DNA of 62,161 nt, filler included, from Globobulimina sp. (GCA_003354225.1; 25 parts of 25 records of this genome joined end to end with filler, not necessarily neighbours in it); one strand, 5' to 3'; shown: positions 12,462 through 26,395, counted from the whole stretch's first letter. Translations and numbers: made by a program. Notes: generated by a model from the sequence alone, not told the origin.

Positions 12462-12821
12462 ATTTAAATCTGATTTAATTTTATTATTTAAATCAAAATG
12501 AATCCCAATATTTGGATTAATTTCATTTGTTTGATTTTGTTTATCATTTAAAGATTTATTAATTTGTCGAATATCAATATCTTCATTGTCTTTTTTATCA
12601 TTTTGGTTTAAATCCGATTTGATATTTTTATTTTGATTATTATTATTTCCATTGTTAGTTTGATTAATTTCGTTATCGATATCAACATTGTCATCATTGA
12701 GAATATCATTATCGTCATTAATGTCAAAATCATCATCACAAAGATCTAAACCAACACCATCAAGATCGAAATCATCATCGTTTAACAATTCATCATCTAA
12801 TACACCGTCAAGTGATGACAT
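12462..12821 (-). CDS. Asp/Asn-rich N-terminus of a hypothetical protein, partial
   Basis: ORF MSSLDGVLDDELL... open to the contig edge, divergent from the next gene. Confidence 0.5.
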
Positions 12822-12888
12822 TTTCAATTTTAGTCAAGAGAATGTAGAAAGTGAACTAAATGTTTTTTCTAAATGCATAATATCCAAC

Positions 12889-14853
12889 ATGTCACAGTGG
12901 AGTCGCAAATATAACGATTCCAATGAAGACGACATTCAAATTAGCGAAGAAACACAAAGATATATTAAACATTTACAAATCAAATCCAATGATGCTTGTT
13001 GTATGATGTTTATTTGATATTTATTTGATTTCATTGTTGTTAATATTTATTGACAGTTTTCGAACACAATAAAGATGATGATATCACAGAAGAATTATTG
13101 AGAAGAATTGAAGAGAATGCAAATACCGAAAGACAACCAAATGAAGTCAGAGAAGCACGCAAAGTGATTCAAAATTGGCTGCAAATTGAGAATGAAGCAC
13201 AATTCATTCGGCATCATCCGCAAAAACTAAATACAATATTAATAAACAAAAACCACTACATTTCCGCAAATCCGCCAATCACAAAAAGAAATTCCTCAAA
13301 AACACACAACAAAACACCTAATTTATCATCGTTTGATGCGAAATTTGCTAGAATGAAAACAAAGGCAGTGAACAGACAAAAAAAACAAAAATTTGAATCT
13401 TACAAAAAACAGATATTAACCAAACATAAAGAAACTAAAATATCAATTAAAACAAAAAAAACCACTCCCAATATATTTGAATGCAAAGAGGAAGAATCAA
13501 ATATTAATATGCAAAATATACACAATGCAGAACAAAAATTAAGATACGATTTAATTCCGGGCTCAATCTGCAATAAAATGAATAAAAAATTGAATAAAAA
13601 TAAAGAAAACTATTCAAATAAATTAGAAGAAACGAAAAAAGTATTATTATTTCAATTAATTGAAATTGAAAAACAAGAAAAATATCATAATAAAAAATTA
13701 ATAATAAAAATATGGTCAGAATGGCAAAAACAGAAAAATAAATCGCGAGAAATCGAAGAAAACGCAATTAATTTGTATCGGAATAATTTATTAAAACATT
13801 CGTTTATTCCATGGATTGATTATATAAAAAAGTCCAAACAGATATTAATTAATGTATTTAGTGAATGGATTAAGTTACGATTAATATCACAAAAGAATGA
13901 AATAAAAGCAATTGAATTTTATGAATACGGATTAAAAGATAATATATTATTTAATTGGAGTGATTATACAAAACAATGCATTGAAACAAGAAAAATACGA
14001 AGCATGCAGCTACAAACACGTTTATATAAAATGAATAAAATCACAAAAAGACATTACAAATTTGTAATATCCAACAAAATTATTAAACATTGGAAGGAAT
14101 ATACAAATAATGAACAAAGTAAAAGATTTTTAAATCAACAAAGAGAAAAAAGAAAATTAAAGATACAAAAATTAATTTCTTCGGTTAAGCAAAAAACAAA
14201 CACAAATAATATTAAATTGGAAAATAAAATGAATATAACAAAGCATAATAAAGTTGAAACCCAACAGAAATCGCGTAATAATAACACAAAAACAAAAGAA
14301 ATAAAGTCGCAAAGTATTCAAACAGTTACAAAAAAGGATATGAATGAGAAACAGCAACCAATTAAGAAAGAAATAAAATATATGAATTCATTAAAACCAT
14401 CGCCTTTGATCATTTCAATGGAAAAACGAGCATTGGAACGAAAAGAAAAACGTAAACAAATAATAGAATTAAAAAGGAAAAAAGAGGAAGAATATAAGCA
14501 ATATATATTGAAACAAAAACGAATCGAAATAGAAAAAATAAAAGAAAAAAAAAGATTGGAAAAGGAAGAGAAACTCAAAAAAATACAGAAACATATGTTT
14601 TTGAAAGAAATTGAAAAGAATAAATTAATATTATCTCAATTTCATTATAAAAGAGCATTGATGATTTATTATGGTTGGATTCCATGGATGAAATATATTG
14701 AAATAAATAACTTAAATTATCATAAAATTCTTGTAATCCGAAACGACAATCTTCAAAAACAAGTGTGGAGATTATGGCAATCGATAATAAATAAAAGAAA
14801 GCGAAACAAAGCTAATGCTAAAATGGCAGCGTGTATTGGCAGAGAAATGATTT
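12889..14853 (+). CDS. CCDC191: CCDC191-like coiled-coil protein with Sfi1-like repeats; intron 13001-13056; 3'-partial
   Basis: Repeated AxxxY..LL...F..W units and QFHYKRALMIYYGWIPW; the GTATGA...ACAG intron restores the frame. Confidence 0.55.
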
Positions 14854-14953
14854 NNNNNNNNNNNNNNNNNNNNNNNNNNNNNNNNNNNNNNNNNNNNTTA
14901 ATTAATTAANNNNNNNNNNNNNNNNNNNNNNNNNNNNNNNNNNNNNNNNNNNN

Positions 14954-17310
14954 AAAACTAATAAGGTATAAAACCATCCTCTGGTTTGATCCAAACCTTC
15001 TGCTATAAAATCAGCGGGAAATCTATTGTCGTGAAATTCGGATTTGTTTTTAAACGAATATGGATAATTACATTGTCCGTAAGGCATTGAACCTGATTCA
15101 AACCAACAATCGAATACAGCTTCAATTCGTTTTAATGTCTTACCCGTTTTTAATGATTTAACGGTTAATTTGTCGATGTTTTCTCGATGTAAATCATTAA
15201 TTTGTTGTCCAGTTCTTTGCTGCAATTCGTCAACATTTGCAATGACTTCCCATTCTTTCTCGTCATCGCTAATCCAGATTGGAATGGGTGTCCCCCAATA
15301 CCTATCCCGCGACACTGACCAATCACAGGCCTCTTCCAACCATTTCGAAAATCTATTTTTAACTTTGCCTGGGACCCATTTAATTTGGTTGTTATTGTTT
15401 TTTAATTGTTTTCTTAACGTAGCAGAACAACATAATTTAATATCAGAAACATCAATGGTGAAAGTCCACAGAACTGATTGTCAACAAATAGGTTTGAATA
15501 TTTTCAAAAACATTGAAAACAAACACTGACCATAATAATGTGAAGAGTGTGTCAGTGTTTCTGCTATGTTCAAACCTGTTTTTTGCACAATGCACTCTGC
15601 GTTTTATTTCCGAAAGTTTCATCAAAACAATTCTGATAAAATATGGCATTCTTACCTTAAGTCACTCACTCTAATAAACCAAGACGGCGTTGCCTTGTAT
15701 AATAGCGGGGTATCTGATCTCCAACAAAATGGATAATTATGTCTAAAATTTTCAACCTTCCATAACCTCTGCGCTTTCCTTAAATCTTTAATAATATTTT
15801 TATTGGCATCTAATACATATTGACCCGCATAATGTTTTACTTCCGCTGTAAATCTTCCATTATGATCAACGGGACATATAATGTCTTCCTTGCCTCTTTT
15901 ATAAATACCATTATTTTGAGAAACCCTTAAATCATCTTCACCAAATCCCGGTGCCTGATGCACAATTCCCGTGCCGGTGTCCTTTGTCACATAATCATCT
16001 GATACCACTCTGAAACAATGTTTTCTGTCACTGAAATAATCAAATAATGGCTCATATTTCTTACCCACTAACTCTTTGCCATTATATTCTTCCAACACTG
16101 CGTATTTTAGACAAAATGAATCAATTAAATCCATAATCCGCGCTCTATAATCCATATAATTGGCAATCAGTTCAAAAATTTCATTTACGCCCAATAGTAA
16201 TGCTTTATTTTTACTGTTTTTGCCTTTATTATATTTTTGTGTCTTGTCGCCACCCGATGTCTCCTTAACAGTTCTAACAGATTTTAACAACAATTGACTG
16301 CATTTACCACTGCATTCACTGAAATATGATTTAATTACAATAACATGTCTAATTAATAAATTATTTGGATCAATTGTTCGTAAATAGCCATTGCATAATA
16401 CCGTTGGATTATGATTATGAAATCGTAATAAATTCTTACAAGCAATATAATTTTTACGTTTCTCATCTTTAAATTTAACATATCGTAAACTTGCATTCAC
16501 ACAAAGTGCCAAATTAGATGGCAATGTCCATGGCGTGGTAGTCCACGCTAAAAATGACGTATTATCCTTATCATTGACAATGGGAAAACTAACTGTAATC
16601 GCAGTGACTGGGTGGTTCTCTTTGTAATTTAGGTTTGCTTCAAAGTTTGATAACGCAGTATTTAATCCTGTCGAATATGGTAATACTTTAACACCTTTGT
16701 ATAACAATCCTTTTTTATGAATTTGCGAAAATACCCACCATACGGATTCCATATAGCTTTTATCCATTGTTTTATATCCATTATCAAAGTCAATCCATCG
16801 GCCCATCCGTTCAACCGTCGATTTCCAATCATCCACGCATTTCATAACAACGTTACGACATTCTTCATTATAACGTTTAATGCCCATATTAATGACCTGC
16901 TCTCTGGTTTTAATTTTTAAGTCTTTTTCAACCAAATGTTCAACGGGAACTCCATGACAATCCCAACCAAACCGACGTTGAACAAAGTGATCAGTTTGCG
17001 TTTTATAGCGACAAATCACATCTTTAATGGTACCGGCAAGGATGTGACCATAATCTGTGTGTTTGATGGAGACGGAAATTGTTTTGTTGTTTGGTATTAA
17101 AAATCTTTTGAAGAAAATTCTGACGAAATTTACAAACGAAGCATACGTGGTTTGCCGGTTGCAAAAGGAGGTCCATCGTAAAACACAAATGGTTTCTTGT
17201 TTGAGGATTTTTGCAGCTGTTTATCAAATGGTTTGATTTTCCTCCAATATTCAATAATTTTAGTTTCTTCACCAGGAAATGACGGTTTTCCTTGTTCTGG
17301 GAGTTTTTTA
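14954..17310 (-). CDS. IARS1: Cytosolic-type isoleucyl-tRNA synthetase, partial; introns ~17056-17146 and ~15414-15655
   Basis: FYDGPPFATGKP|HYGH (HIGH motif split by an intron), GWDCHG, WTTTPWTLPSN, GTGIVHQAPGFG, DWSVSRDRYWGTPIP, EGLDQTRGWFY. Confidence 0.97.
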
Positions 17311-17445
17311 TATGTTTAATCAGTGCGTAATGAATATAGCAACATNNNNNNNNNNNNNNNNNNNNNNNNNNNNNNNNNNNNNNNNNNNNTTAATTAATTA
17401 ANNNNNNNNNNNNNNNNNNNNNNNNNNNNNNNNNNNNNNNNNNNN

Positions 17446-19615
17446 ATACGGCAGTTATTGGGCACTGTGAAGTCCTTCGCAAAGTTCCGGAGACATGTTC
17501 GCAACGCCCGGGCGCAAACGGCATGGCTGTATGCCGGGAGAGTGGCTTCGGTGTTGGGCGCCACGCTGCATAAACAACTGTTGATTGTCAGGAAGAAGAT
17601 TGAGGTTCGGAATAAATTAAACGGCGCGTTGGCTATGCAGAACATGTGCAGGTATTATGTGTGTGTTTTATTATGTTTTTTGTGCATATAATTGTAACCA
17701 TAGGGGGTATATGGAGAGAGTGAGATATTTAAATAAGATAAATGAGGTAAAAAAATGTGTGACGATGGTGTATGTTGCCTATAAAGGCAAGGTACGCCGA
17801 CAAGGTTTGGAGCAGTTTTTTATGGAGAAAGCAGCAGAAAGAGCACATTTGAAAGCAGAGGAATTGGCGAGATTGAAAGAGAAGGAATTGGCGGAAGCGG
17901 AGGAAGAACAAAAGAAACAGAGGGAAGAGGCCGCGGTCATTGCCGCCAAAGAAGCGGCGATGTTGTTAGCTGTCGCTGCAAAGGCAAAGGAAAAACGAGT
18001 GCGAATTGCAGTGACTTCGCCGCGGCCGCGATCCAAAGAAGAAGACGAGAAAGAAAAGGAAATATTGGAGAAAAGGATTGAAGCCGAAAGGACCAAACAG
18101 AAACATGTCGGGCTGCTGTTGGCGAGGCAAAAAACCAAAATGAAATTGGATTTGAAGAAACTGAAACAGGAGGAATATTATGACGCGTTGGACAAACGCA
18201 AGACTGCCGATATTAACATGGCGTTATTCGCTGCCAATGCCTGCAAGAAATTAGAGGATGAAGACGAGTACGAAGACGATATCTCATCGAGTGAGGAGAA
18301 GGATGAATCGAGTTCCAGTGACGAGGATGATGATGGATTTGATATTACAGAGTTGCTAGCCAACTTTAACAAAATTGCAAGGCTTGGAGCTAAATTCAGT
18401 CGCCATGCTGGCAAGCGAGTACACAAAAAACCTCAGCTTCGCACTGTCAAAGTCTCATTCAGTGAGGATGGCACCCCGCTGACTTTGTCGTGGGGCGCAG
18501 GCAGCCGCGCTATAAAAATGAAGGATATCTGGTACGTATCCTGGGGCCATTACACGCCCACTTTTTTAGCCCGGAGAGATAATGAGAATGTGCAGATAGT
18601 GGCTATGAAGTGTTTCAGCATCGTGGGCCATTCAGAGAAACAGGTGCTTGATTTGGAAGCGTATACGCAGCGCGACGCCAAACTGTGGGTCAAAGGGCTG
18701 CGGCAATTAATAAAACAAACGGATAAAAAAGCAGACGAATTGGCGGAGATGAACATGCAAAGATTGCTGCAATACGCACAGAAACAGAATGAAGCAAAGA
18801 AGCAATTGAAAAAAAAGCAATTACGGGTTGTCAAATTGCAGCAAGATTTGTTTGTGATGACAATAGAAGCGGTGTACAAAGAATTGGAGGAGCAGAAGAT
18901 TTGGATTATTAATGACAAAGTACGCAGCCAGTTTGATGCGGCAACTATGTACGAAACGGTATTGAAGCAAGACATTGCATGGCGAAAATGGCAGTGGTTT
19001 GTCAGGGAACAAATTACAAACTATCTGCGTGAAAATAATATGGTGCTGAAAAGTGTAGCGGCTGCAAAGGGGAATGGTGGCAATGAGGAGGATGTGAAGA
19101 ATAATTTTAATGATGAAATCAGTGTATTTTTGAAACATTATAAGCTACAAAAGTATGATCTGAATTTGCGAGATGCCGGATTGGAGAGCTTGGATGATTT
19201 GAAATCGTTGGACGATGATAGCATATTAAGCATCAGCAAGGAAGTGTCGATGCAGACGTTGCATGTGAATAAGTTTGTGGCCGCTTGCCGCGATTTGAAA
19301 GGAAATAAGTATCCACCGCAACATATCAAGGAATGGGATCGAGTGAGTCAATGGTTGCAACATGAAAACTTGCAAAAATATGTAGTTGTTTTAAGGAAGA
19401 ATGGGTTGAATAAATTGGATGATATTAATCGTTTAAATGATGATGAAATTGATTCGTTGGCAAATGAGTGTAATATGGGCGTGTTGCATAAGAAAAAATT
19501 TGTCAATGCTTGTCTGGAATATAAACGAAAGTATAAAGCAAACAGAAGAACTATCAGTGGTGCTATTATACCGTCGTTGAAGAAAAAAACATCCATTGAC
19601 TGCAGAATTATGTAA
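17446..19615 (+). CDS. IQ-like/coiled-coil protein with a PH domain and two SAM domains; 5'-partial, short intron near 17652-17703
   Basis: PH features (KCFSIVG...LDLEA...AKLWVKGL) and two SAM-like repeats (FLKHYKLQKY...; WLQHENLQKY...GVLHKKKF). Confidence 0.7.
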
Positions 19616-20171
19616 AATATATTGAAAAATTGAAATTATTTATGTATTAAACTGTTTGAATTGACAAGCATATTTTGTTTTTTTTATTTGTTAAATACAC
19701 TTTTAAAATCTTTAATAATTAGCAAAACGGAAACCTTTATGTTAAAACCATGGCAGAGAAGTTTCTCTTTCTGGATGAGGGAGAGGGAGAGGTGCAGAGT
19801 CCTGAAATATGTATCATTCAATTGCAAGATGATAGTGNNNNNNNNNNNNNNNNNNNNNNNNNNNNNNNNNNNNNNNNNNNNTTAATTAATTAANNNNNNN
19901 NNNNNNNNNNNNNNNNNNNNNNNNNNNNNNNNNNNNNATAATGGTCTTATTTGGCTAGAAACCCACCATTCACATTGTCAAAAATTCCGATATGATAACT
20001 CGTACATTGCGCAATTCAAAAACGTGCAACTAATTGAAACATACAAAGATTTCCATAATGTTGAACGCTTTGCATGTTTTCAAATAAATAAGTAACGTAA
20101 CAAACGCACCTAAAATAAGTAATTAATAAACTTTTAGTTTGGAATCGAAAAAAAAACCTCAACTCTAAATC

Positions 20172-22194
20172 ATGGAAGAGAAACGGCCACCAAATAAAGG
20201 AAAAGCGACCTGGGATGACTTTGGAGGTTCAACCCAACAGATTAGAGTCAAAGACGTCCAACGAAAAGTGACATCACAAGCACCCAAATCCCATTCAAAA
20301 ATGTTAGTATATGAGCAATTATCACGTGCAAATAAAAAAAGGGCCAAAGAAATCAAACGTCGTAAAAAAGAACGCCAAGGACTCAACCAATCCCCTTCTG
20401 ATGATGATGATGGCTCAGATAAACAATTAAAACAAACGAGTAATAATTTCAAGCGAGCGCCACTCTCAAAAGCAACCAAAAAAAAACGAAAACGGCAAGC
20501 AAAAAAAGCTGAAAAACAACCCAAAAAACGCAAAAAAAGCAGCTCTGATTCAGGTTCAGATTCCGAGAGCAGCAGCTCTGAGGATAACACACCGAGTGTA
20601 AGATATGGAGCTAATATGCGATCTGCTGCCGGACGCTCCAAATTTGGGGGCATTCAATCTATGAAAGAAAGAAAACAAAAGAAAATAGCCTCCAAACCAA
20701 AGAAAAGAGCACCCAAAGCTAAGGAAATCAGCTCATCGGAACCAGAACAGACACCGACTCCGCCTGTCATTATCAAGGAATATGTGGATGATTCTGTTCA
20801 TTTGGATGTAGAGCTTGAATTTAAGAGAGTGGAGGTTGAATATATGCAGTTATTAGACGCGCCGGAAGGTGTTTTGTGTGGTGGTGAGACTGTAATGTAT
20901 TACAGGAATGCGAGGGATGGCGCGGAATATTTCTATTTAGCAACAGATGACGATGAGGATATCATTGGCGTTCTTGAGTATGATGTGGGCGATGCGAAAT
21001 GGAATAAGTTTGTGGATTATCCCGATGATTTTCTACCAGATTTACATGGGAACTGCGTGGATATCGCCAAGAGGAAACTGTATGTATTTGATCGCCAACA
21101 GTTTGGCATTTTGGATTTAAACACAAAAGAATGGGACATTCGGAGTGCGAATAGAGACAGAAATTATAGTGACACTGTTAGGTTTGTTATGTGTTCCACA
21201 GAAACACTATAAATTAATATGAACAGATGCTGCAATCTCATATGGATCTGAATACAATATCTTTTTATGTGCATTCTAGTCAAATAACAGCAGATATTGC
21301 AGCCAGACTCATATGAGATGAGACATTGTTCATTGTTGTACGTACAGTAAAATCCAGTTTGATTATAACCCGCATCCGACGAATAACAGCGATTCGTTGA
21401 ACAACATCAAATCGCCAAGGATGTTTGCTTCCGGTGGCCTGAGCATTGATGGCACACATTTGGAATTGCTGGGCATCCAATCGGTGTATTTAGAATCGCC
21501 AATTGAAGAGATCCATGTTTTTGGGCGAACTAAGATACCGCCGGGCTCTTATCATTTGATATTGGATGAACAGGCGAAGTATCTCAAATTAGGAGGCTTT
21601 GATAGCGATGAGCTAATGAGAGGGCATAAGTTGGTTTATGCCGACGGGTGCCGCAAATTGATTGTCTGCGGCGGACAGAAGCAGGATATCTTTGATGGTA
21701 ATTGGATTGATAGCAATTCCATTTGGCTGTGCGATATAAATAATAAGTTGCAAGTGAATGGCTATAATTGGAGAGAGCTACAATGCAAATTGCCATACGG
21801 CGGGAAGACATTTGGTGTGGTGACGGCGTATGGATCTATTTTGGTGGTTATCTATTTGCGCGATAATGAGAACAAAGAGATTTATTGTTTGGATTTGTTG
21901 GACAGAGAAGGGAATTATAAATTTATTAAATCGGAAATGGAGTTTCCATTTGAGGGGGATTGCGAATATACGGATGTTATTAAAACAGATCAAGATATGG
22001 TCCATTGTATGTATTTCAGCTTATATGGTCATTGTAAATTGTCATTGTATCAAATTGTACCGATTGAATTGAAGGAGCGATATAGATCAAGGTTTGAAAT
22101 GTCTGTCAATGGCTATGTTCGCGACAATATGAGACATAAAATACCACAAACTGCGATCAATGGAATTGCAAAGTATTTGTCAGAATTGTGTTGA
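20172..22194 (+). CDS. Lys/Ser-rich N-terminus plus Kelch-like beta-propeller; spliced or disrupted near 21177-21400
   Basis: Kelch-like blades (KLYVF, KLGGFD, LIVCGG, NW..LP); C-terminal VNGYVR...IP motif. Confidence 0.65.
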
Positions 22195-22435
22195 AAGTTT
22201 GAATATTTTCGAATTGTTAGTTGTAGATTGTACGTGTAAATAGTTTATATTTTATTTTTTGTGTGGTTCAGTTGTTTTTAAATCATTCAGTATTTCAGTT
22301 CGATTCGACGCTACTTTTATTTTGTCATANNNNNNNNNNNNNNNNNNNNNNNNNNNNNNNNNNNNNNNNNNNNTTAATTAATTAANNNNNNNNNNNNNNN
22401 NNNNNNNNNNNNNNNNNNNNNNNNNNNNNAAGAAA

Positions 22436-22501
22436 TCCCACGTAGCTGAATTGGTAGCGCTGCTTTTTGCAGGAATCCAGGTTCAAATCCTGGCGTGGGA
22501 T
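22436..22501 (+). tRNA. Truncated tRNA-like gene or pseudogene (66 nt); shortened anticodon arm, possible TTT anticodon
   Basis: Acceptor TCCCACG/CGTGGGA, D arm GCT-GAATTGGT-AGC, arm CTGC-TTTTT-GCAG, perfect T arm CCAGG-TTCAAAT-CCTGG. Confidence 0.7.
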
Positions 22502-22652
22502 GGTGGTAGCTAGTGATGTCACCATTAATCCAGGTTTGTTTGCATATTTTTGTTCAAATTTATTTTCGTACCGGTATTTTTTGCAAAGGAATCACCTAAA
22601 AAGAACCAACTAAACAAAATTATCATTAAAACATCAATTTAATCAAAATGAG

Positions 22653-24820
22653 TTGCAAATTATACAAGAAATCATCACAAAATTAATATCCTCTCCAAAA
22701 TATAACCACAATGACAATGCGAATAACAACAACAATATTTATGAGAGTAAAAGTGGAAAAAGTGATGTTGACACAAAAGAAAACCTCAATGATAATGCTA
22801 CAAATGCTAAAAATGAATGGCGATTCCCATATATTGCACTCATCCGCAGCGACATTGAATATTTATTTGATATTTCCCTGCGTTTAAAAGTAGACAATGC
22901 CTCCATATCTGAGTATGCCTTATTAGAGGTTCAATATTTGGTAATGTCTGACTTTCCGCCGGAGATAATATTACAATCTGACACCCATTTATTGGACAGC
23001 TTATTCGCGCTCATCTCAAACAACGAGAAAACTAAAGCTTGTAATTATTATTTGATCCATCAATGCATCCATGTCTTTGTATCGTTTATTGATCGGATTA
23101 ATAATTCCTTGCATTTGCGATACGATCCGGCCATAATAACACATCCGGCCTCAAAATACAATCAACAAACCATTGAGATTAGACGACCGATGATTATAAA
23201 TATCCAAATGATAATGCAATGGCTAATGCTGACAATAAATGCATTTCTATCAACAAAATGATCTATAAATTATGCCATATTTGTATTACCAAACTATTAT
23301 TAAACAACAACACAAAATATGTCGCATTTACGCTGATAAACAAAATATTTGACAGTTTTCTATGCATCAAATACGAAGGAAATATAAAGGAAATAATTAA
23401 AATCATCAATTTATTTCAACCCTTCATAGAAAGTATGGATATGAATACGAATACGGATGTATTCAGCATACAGATCATCGAATTTATCACCAAATGTTTG
23501 CTGCTGTGTCCTGACCAATACCTAAATAATGAACATATTGCAACCTGTATCAACCACTTATTATCCTCCTTCATTGCCAGTAACAGCATGCACTTAAATG
23601 CGTGTTATAGCAAATTATCGACAGATATTATTCAGATTTTATATTATTTACAGCCACAAACCAATAAAAAAATAAAATACGTAGAAAATGTATTAAGTGC
23701 CTTGCGGAAACTGGATGAAAATATCGATAATTTAAATAGTTTGACACTGTCCTCGTTGCGGTCCACTTTTATTGCTTTGCCATTCAATTTAAAATATTGT
23801 AAGCCAGTCATTGAATGCATACTAAACAAAACAGAATGCAATGAATGTATATCTATGTTGTTATTGTCTCCGTCCTCGCATATTATCAATGAATGTTTAG
23901 ACTGTCTCAGCAATAACATTGACAACAAATTTCTGAATATTAATATCGATATTATTTATATATTATTACTCAGTATCCACAAACATGAAAGCATACAATT
24001 AAAAGTGATGAATATCCTACAATTATTATTGCAAAATAAGAATGAAACCATGTTGGCCATTTACAAGCAGTTATTTCCATTGTTATCCTTATATTTAATC
24101 AATAAATGCCGATGGATCTCGTTTGAAGACAACAATTTATGTCTCATCAATACCTTTCGTTTATGTTTTCATTCGGAGCATAAAATCCGTTGTGTCTCAC
24201 ATAAGAAAATTATGGATTACTATCTCCAATCCATTATAAATCAAACTGAAAATGAGGAGAAATTAAATAAGCCCTCAGATTATATGACTTATGAACCATT
24301 ACAGACTGATATCGAACAAGAAAAGAGTAAAATGGATCAATTGGTCAAAATATCAAACTATGACTTATTCCATTACGATGAGATCAAGAAATACGCCATG
24401 AAATACACCGAAAAAAAGCAACAAACGAATGCCTCATTAAAAGACTTAAAATCGACAACATTTGAAGTCAATGATATTTACAAAATCCTCTCCATTTTAT
24501 CCAACAAATCGTTGGATGTCAGCCTCAAAATAACCGCAGCAAATCAATTATTAATCATCTTTACGCAAAACAAAAAATATTGGAATATTTTGCGAGAGAA
24601 AAAGATTTTGAATCTATTGATTGAAAACCTGCACAGCAATCGACATAAAAATGATTTATTCATCATAGCTTTATTAGAAATTATAAAATTACTCTTTGAA
24701 ATCAATATGTTTTTGGACGAATGCAATTTATCGTCGCTTGAGTATGAATCCATAATTACCTCCTTATTATATATCAATTTCATGTCCAATACAAAGATAA
24801 GATATTTATTTTCAAATATC
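22653..24820 (+). CDS. RTTN: Rotatin-like centriolar protein, N-terminal region; frameshift near 23185; partial
   Basis: FPYIAL..SD, VMSDFPPEIILQ and LHLRYDP resemble rotatin FPWLPL, QDFPAEIFLQ and LNFHRDP; ARM-like helical remainder. Confidence 0.65.
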
Positions 24821-24920
24821 NNNNNNNNNNNNNNNNNNNNNNNNNNNNNNNNNNNNNNNNNNNNTTAATTAATTAANNNNNNNNNNNNNNNNNNNNNNNN
24901 NNNNNNNNNNNNNNNNNNNN

Positions 24921-26395
24921 TTCAACCATTTCAACATATCATGGCATTCAGATCAACACTTAATTCGACACAGTATCCAACAACACCACTGACGACAGCA
25001 ATAAATATAACATGTACGCATATTTACTCGTGCAATAACATATGATATTAACACACGAAGAATGTCAATGTATATATACACTATACAGATGAATCATTGT
25101 TAGGATTCGGAAGAATTTTTGGTTTTGATGTGTTTTGGATTGTACTCATTGGTTTAGGCGCAGCTATATGTTGTATCGGATATGGTCTATGTTATTATAT
25201 GATATCGCGACATGAAAATGGAAAAGAACTGGAGAAAACAGTCGAAGCAATAAATGACACAATAGAGCTAAAAGATGTTGGCTCCAATACGAGTGGAATT
25301 ACTACAAATCCAGTTTCATCAATGATTGTCCATCAAAATGCAAGATTGGAGCAACCAAAAGTGCCTCGTTACTATGGAGCCGCTGCAAACAATCAAAGAT
25401 TGCAACAAAAACACCAACAGCACCAAAGCCGGCCAGTAGCAATGGATAGATTTTATGCACAAAGCAGTGTCGAATCAAATGCATCCACACAAAACAGTGC
25501 CAATCTACAATCCAACGGGTCGCAAAAATCAATACAATCACAATCATCAAATGTCAATTTATTTCAAAATTATGGACCTCAGTCCTATCCGCAACATATG
25601 AATAATAATAATTATCAAATATCGCAACAAATGCAAAATAATAATAGTAATATGAATTATAACCATACAACATATCATAACCAATATATACAACAAAATG
25701 GAGTTCAGCAACACTCACAGAAACATATCGGGAATATTCCAAACGTACATGTACATTCACAGCAACAGCGCAATAATCACAACCATACACATCATCAGCA
25801 AATACAACAAAGACAGCCACAATCGCATGCACCGTCATATCCTGCTCAACCACAGTCATATCCACAACAAAATCGTGTGATAGCAAATCAGCCAATTGAG
25901 ATCATTAAGGCAGGTCTCAAGCCGACTGAGTCTGTAGTTTCAGATGCTACAACTGCAACAACCAACGACTGCGAGGACAGTCGAGACACTTCAGATTTCA
26001 GCTCTAGTGCGGACACCTCAGACCATGGCAACACTGAGCCACCTACGCCAAGTGTAAACTGTGCAAAGCAACCTGGTCATTTACAATCACCTGTATTTAT
26101 GATCACAGTGACTGACCAGAGCAATTATCAGGATTCGCCAATGTCAGACGATATCGTCATGAATCCTTGTTTGGATGATATACTAATCGTAAATAATAAT
26201 GATAGCGGTGATACGTTGGAGAATATGGCGGAGTTATTGGAATTCCAGGAAATTAATTGTGCGAATGATACGCCTCTCTCAACTCAGACAATGGTTCTTC
26301 ATGATACAATATCGCGATCGCCTTCCATTGATAATGAAAATAGTAATAAGTTTCCGATGACCAGAGGAAGATTGGTTGTTTTAAATGAAGATTAA
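24921..26395 (+). CDS. Single-pass membrane protein with a Gln/Asn/His-rich disordered cytoplasmic tail; 5'-partial, spliced
   Basis: TM VFWIVLIGLGAAICCIGYGLCYYMI followed by a low-complexity tail; probable intron ~25013-25089. Confidence 0.65.

Noticed and set aside
16105-16425. Intein in IleRS
   Set aside because: No convincing N-terminal C/S block paired with a C-terminal HN-C/S/T, and it is short for a mini-intein
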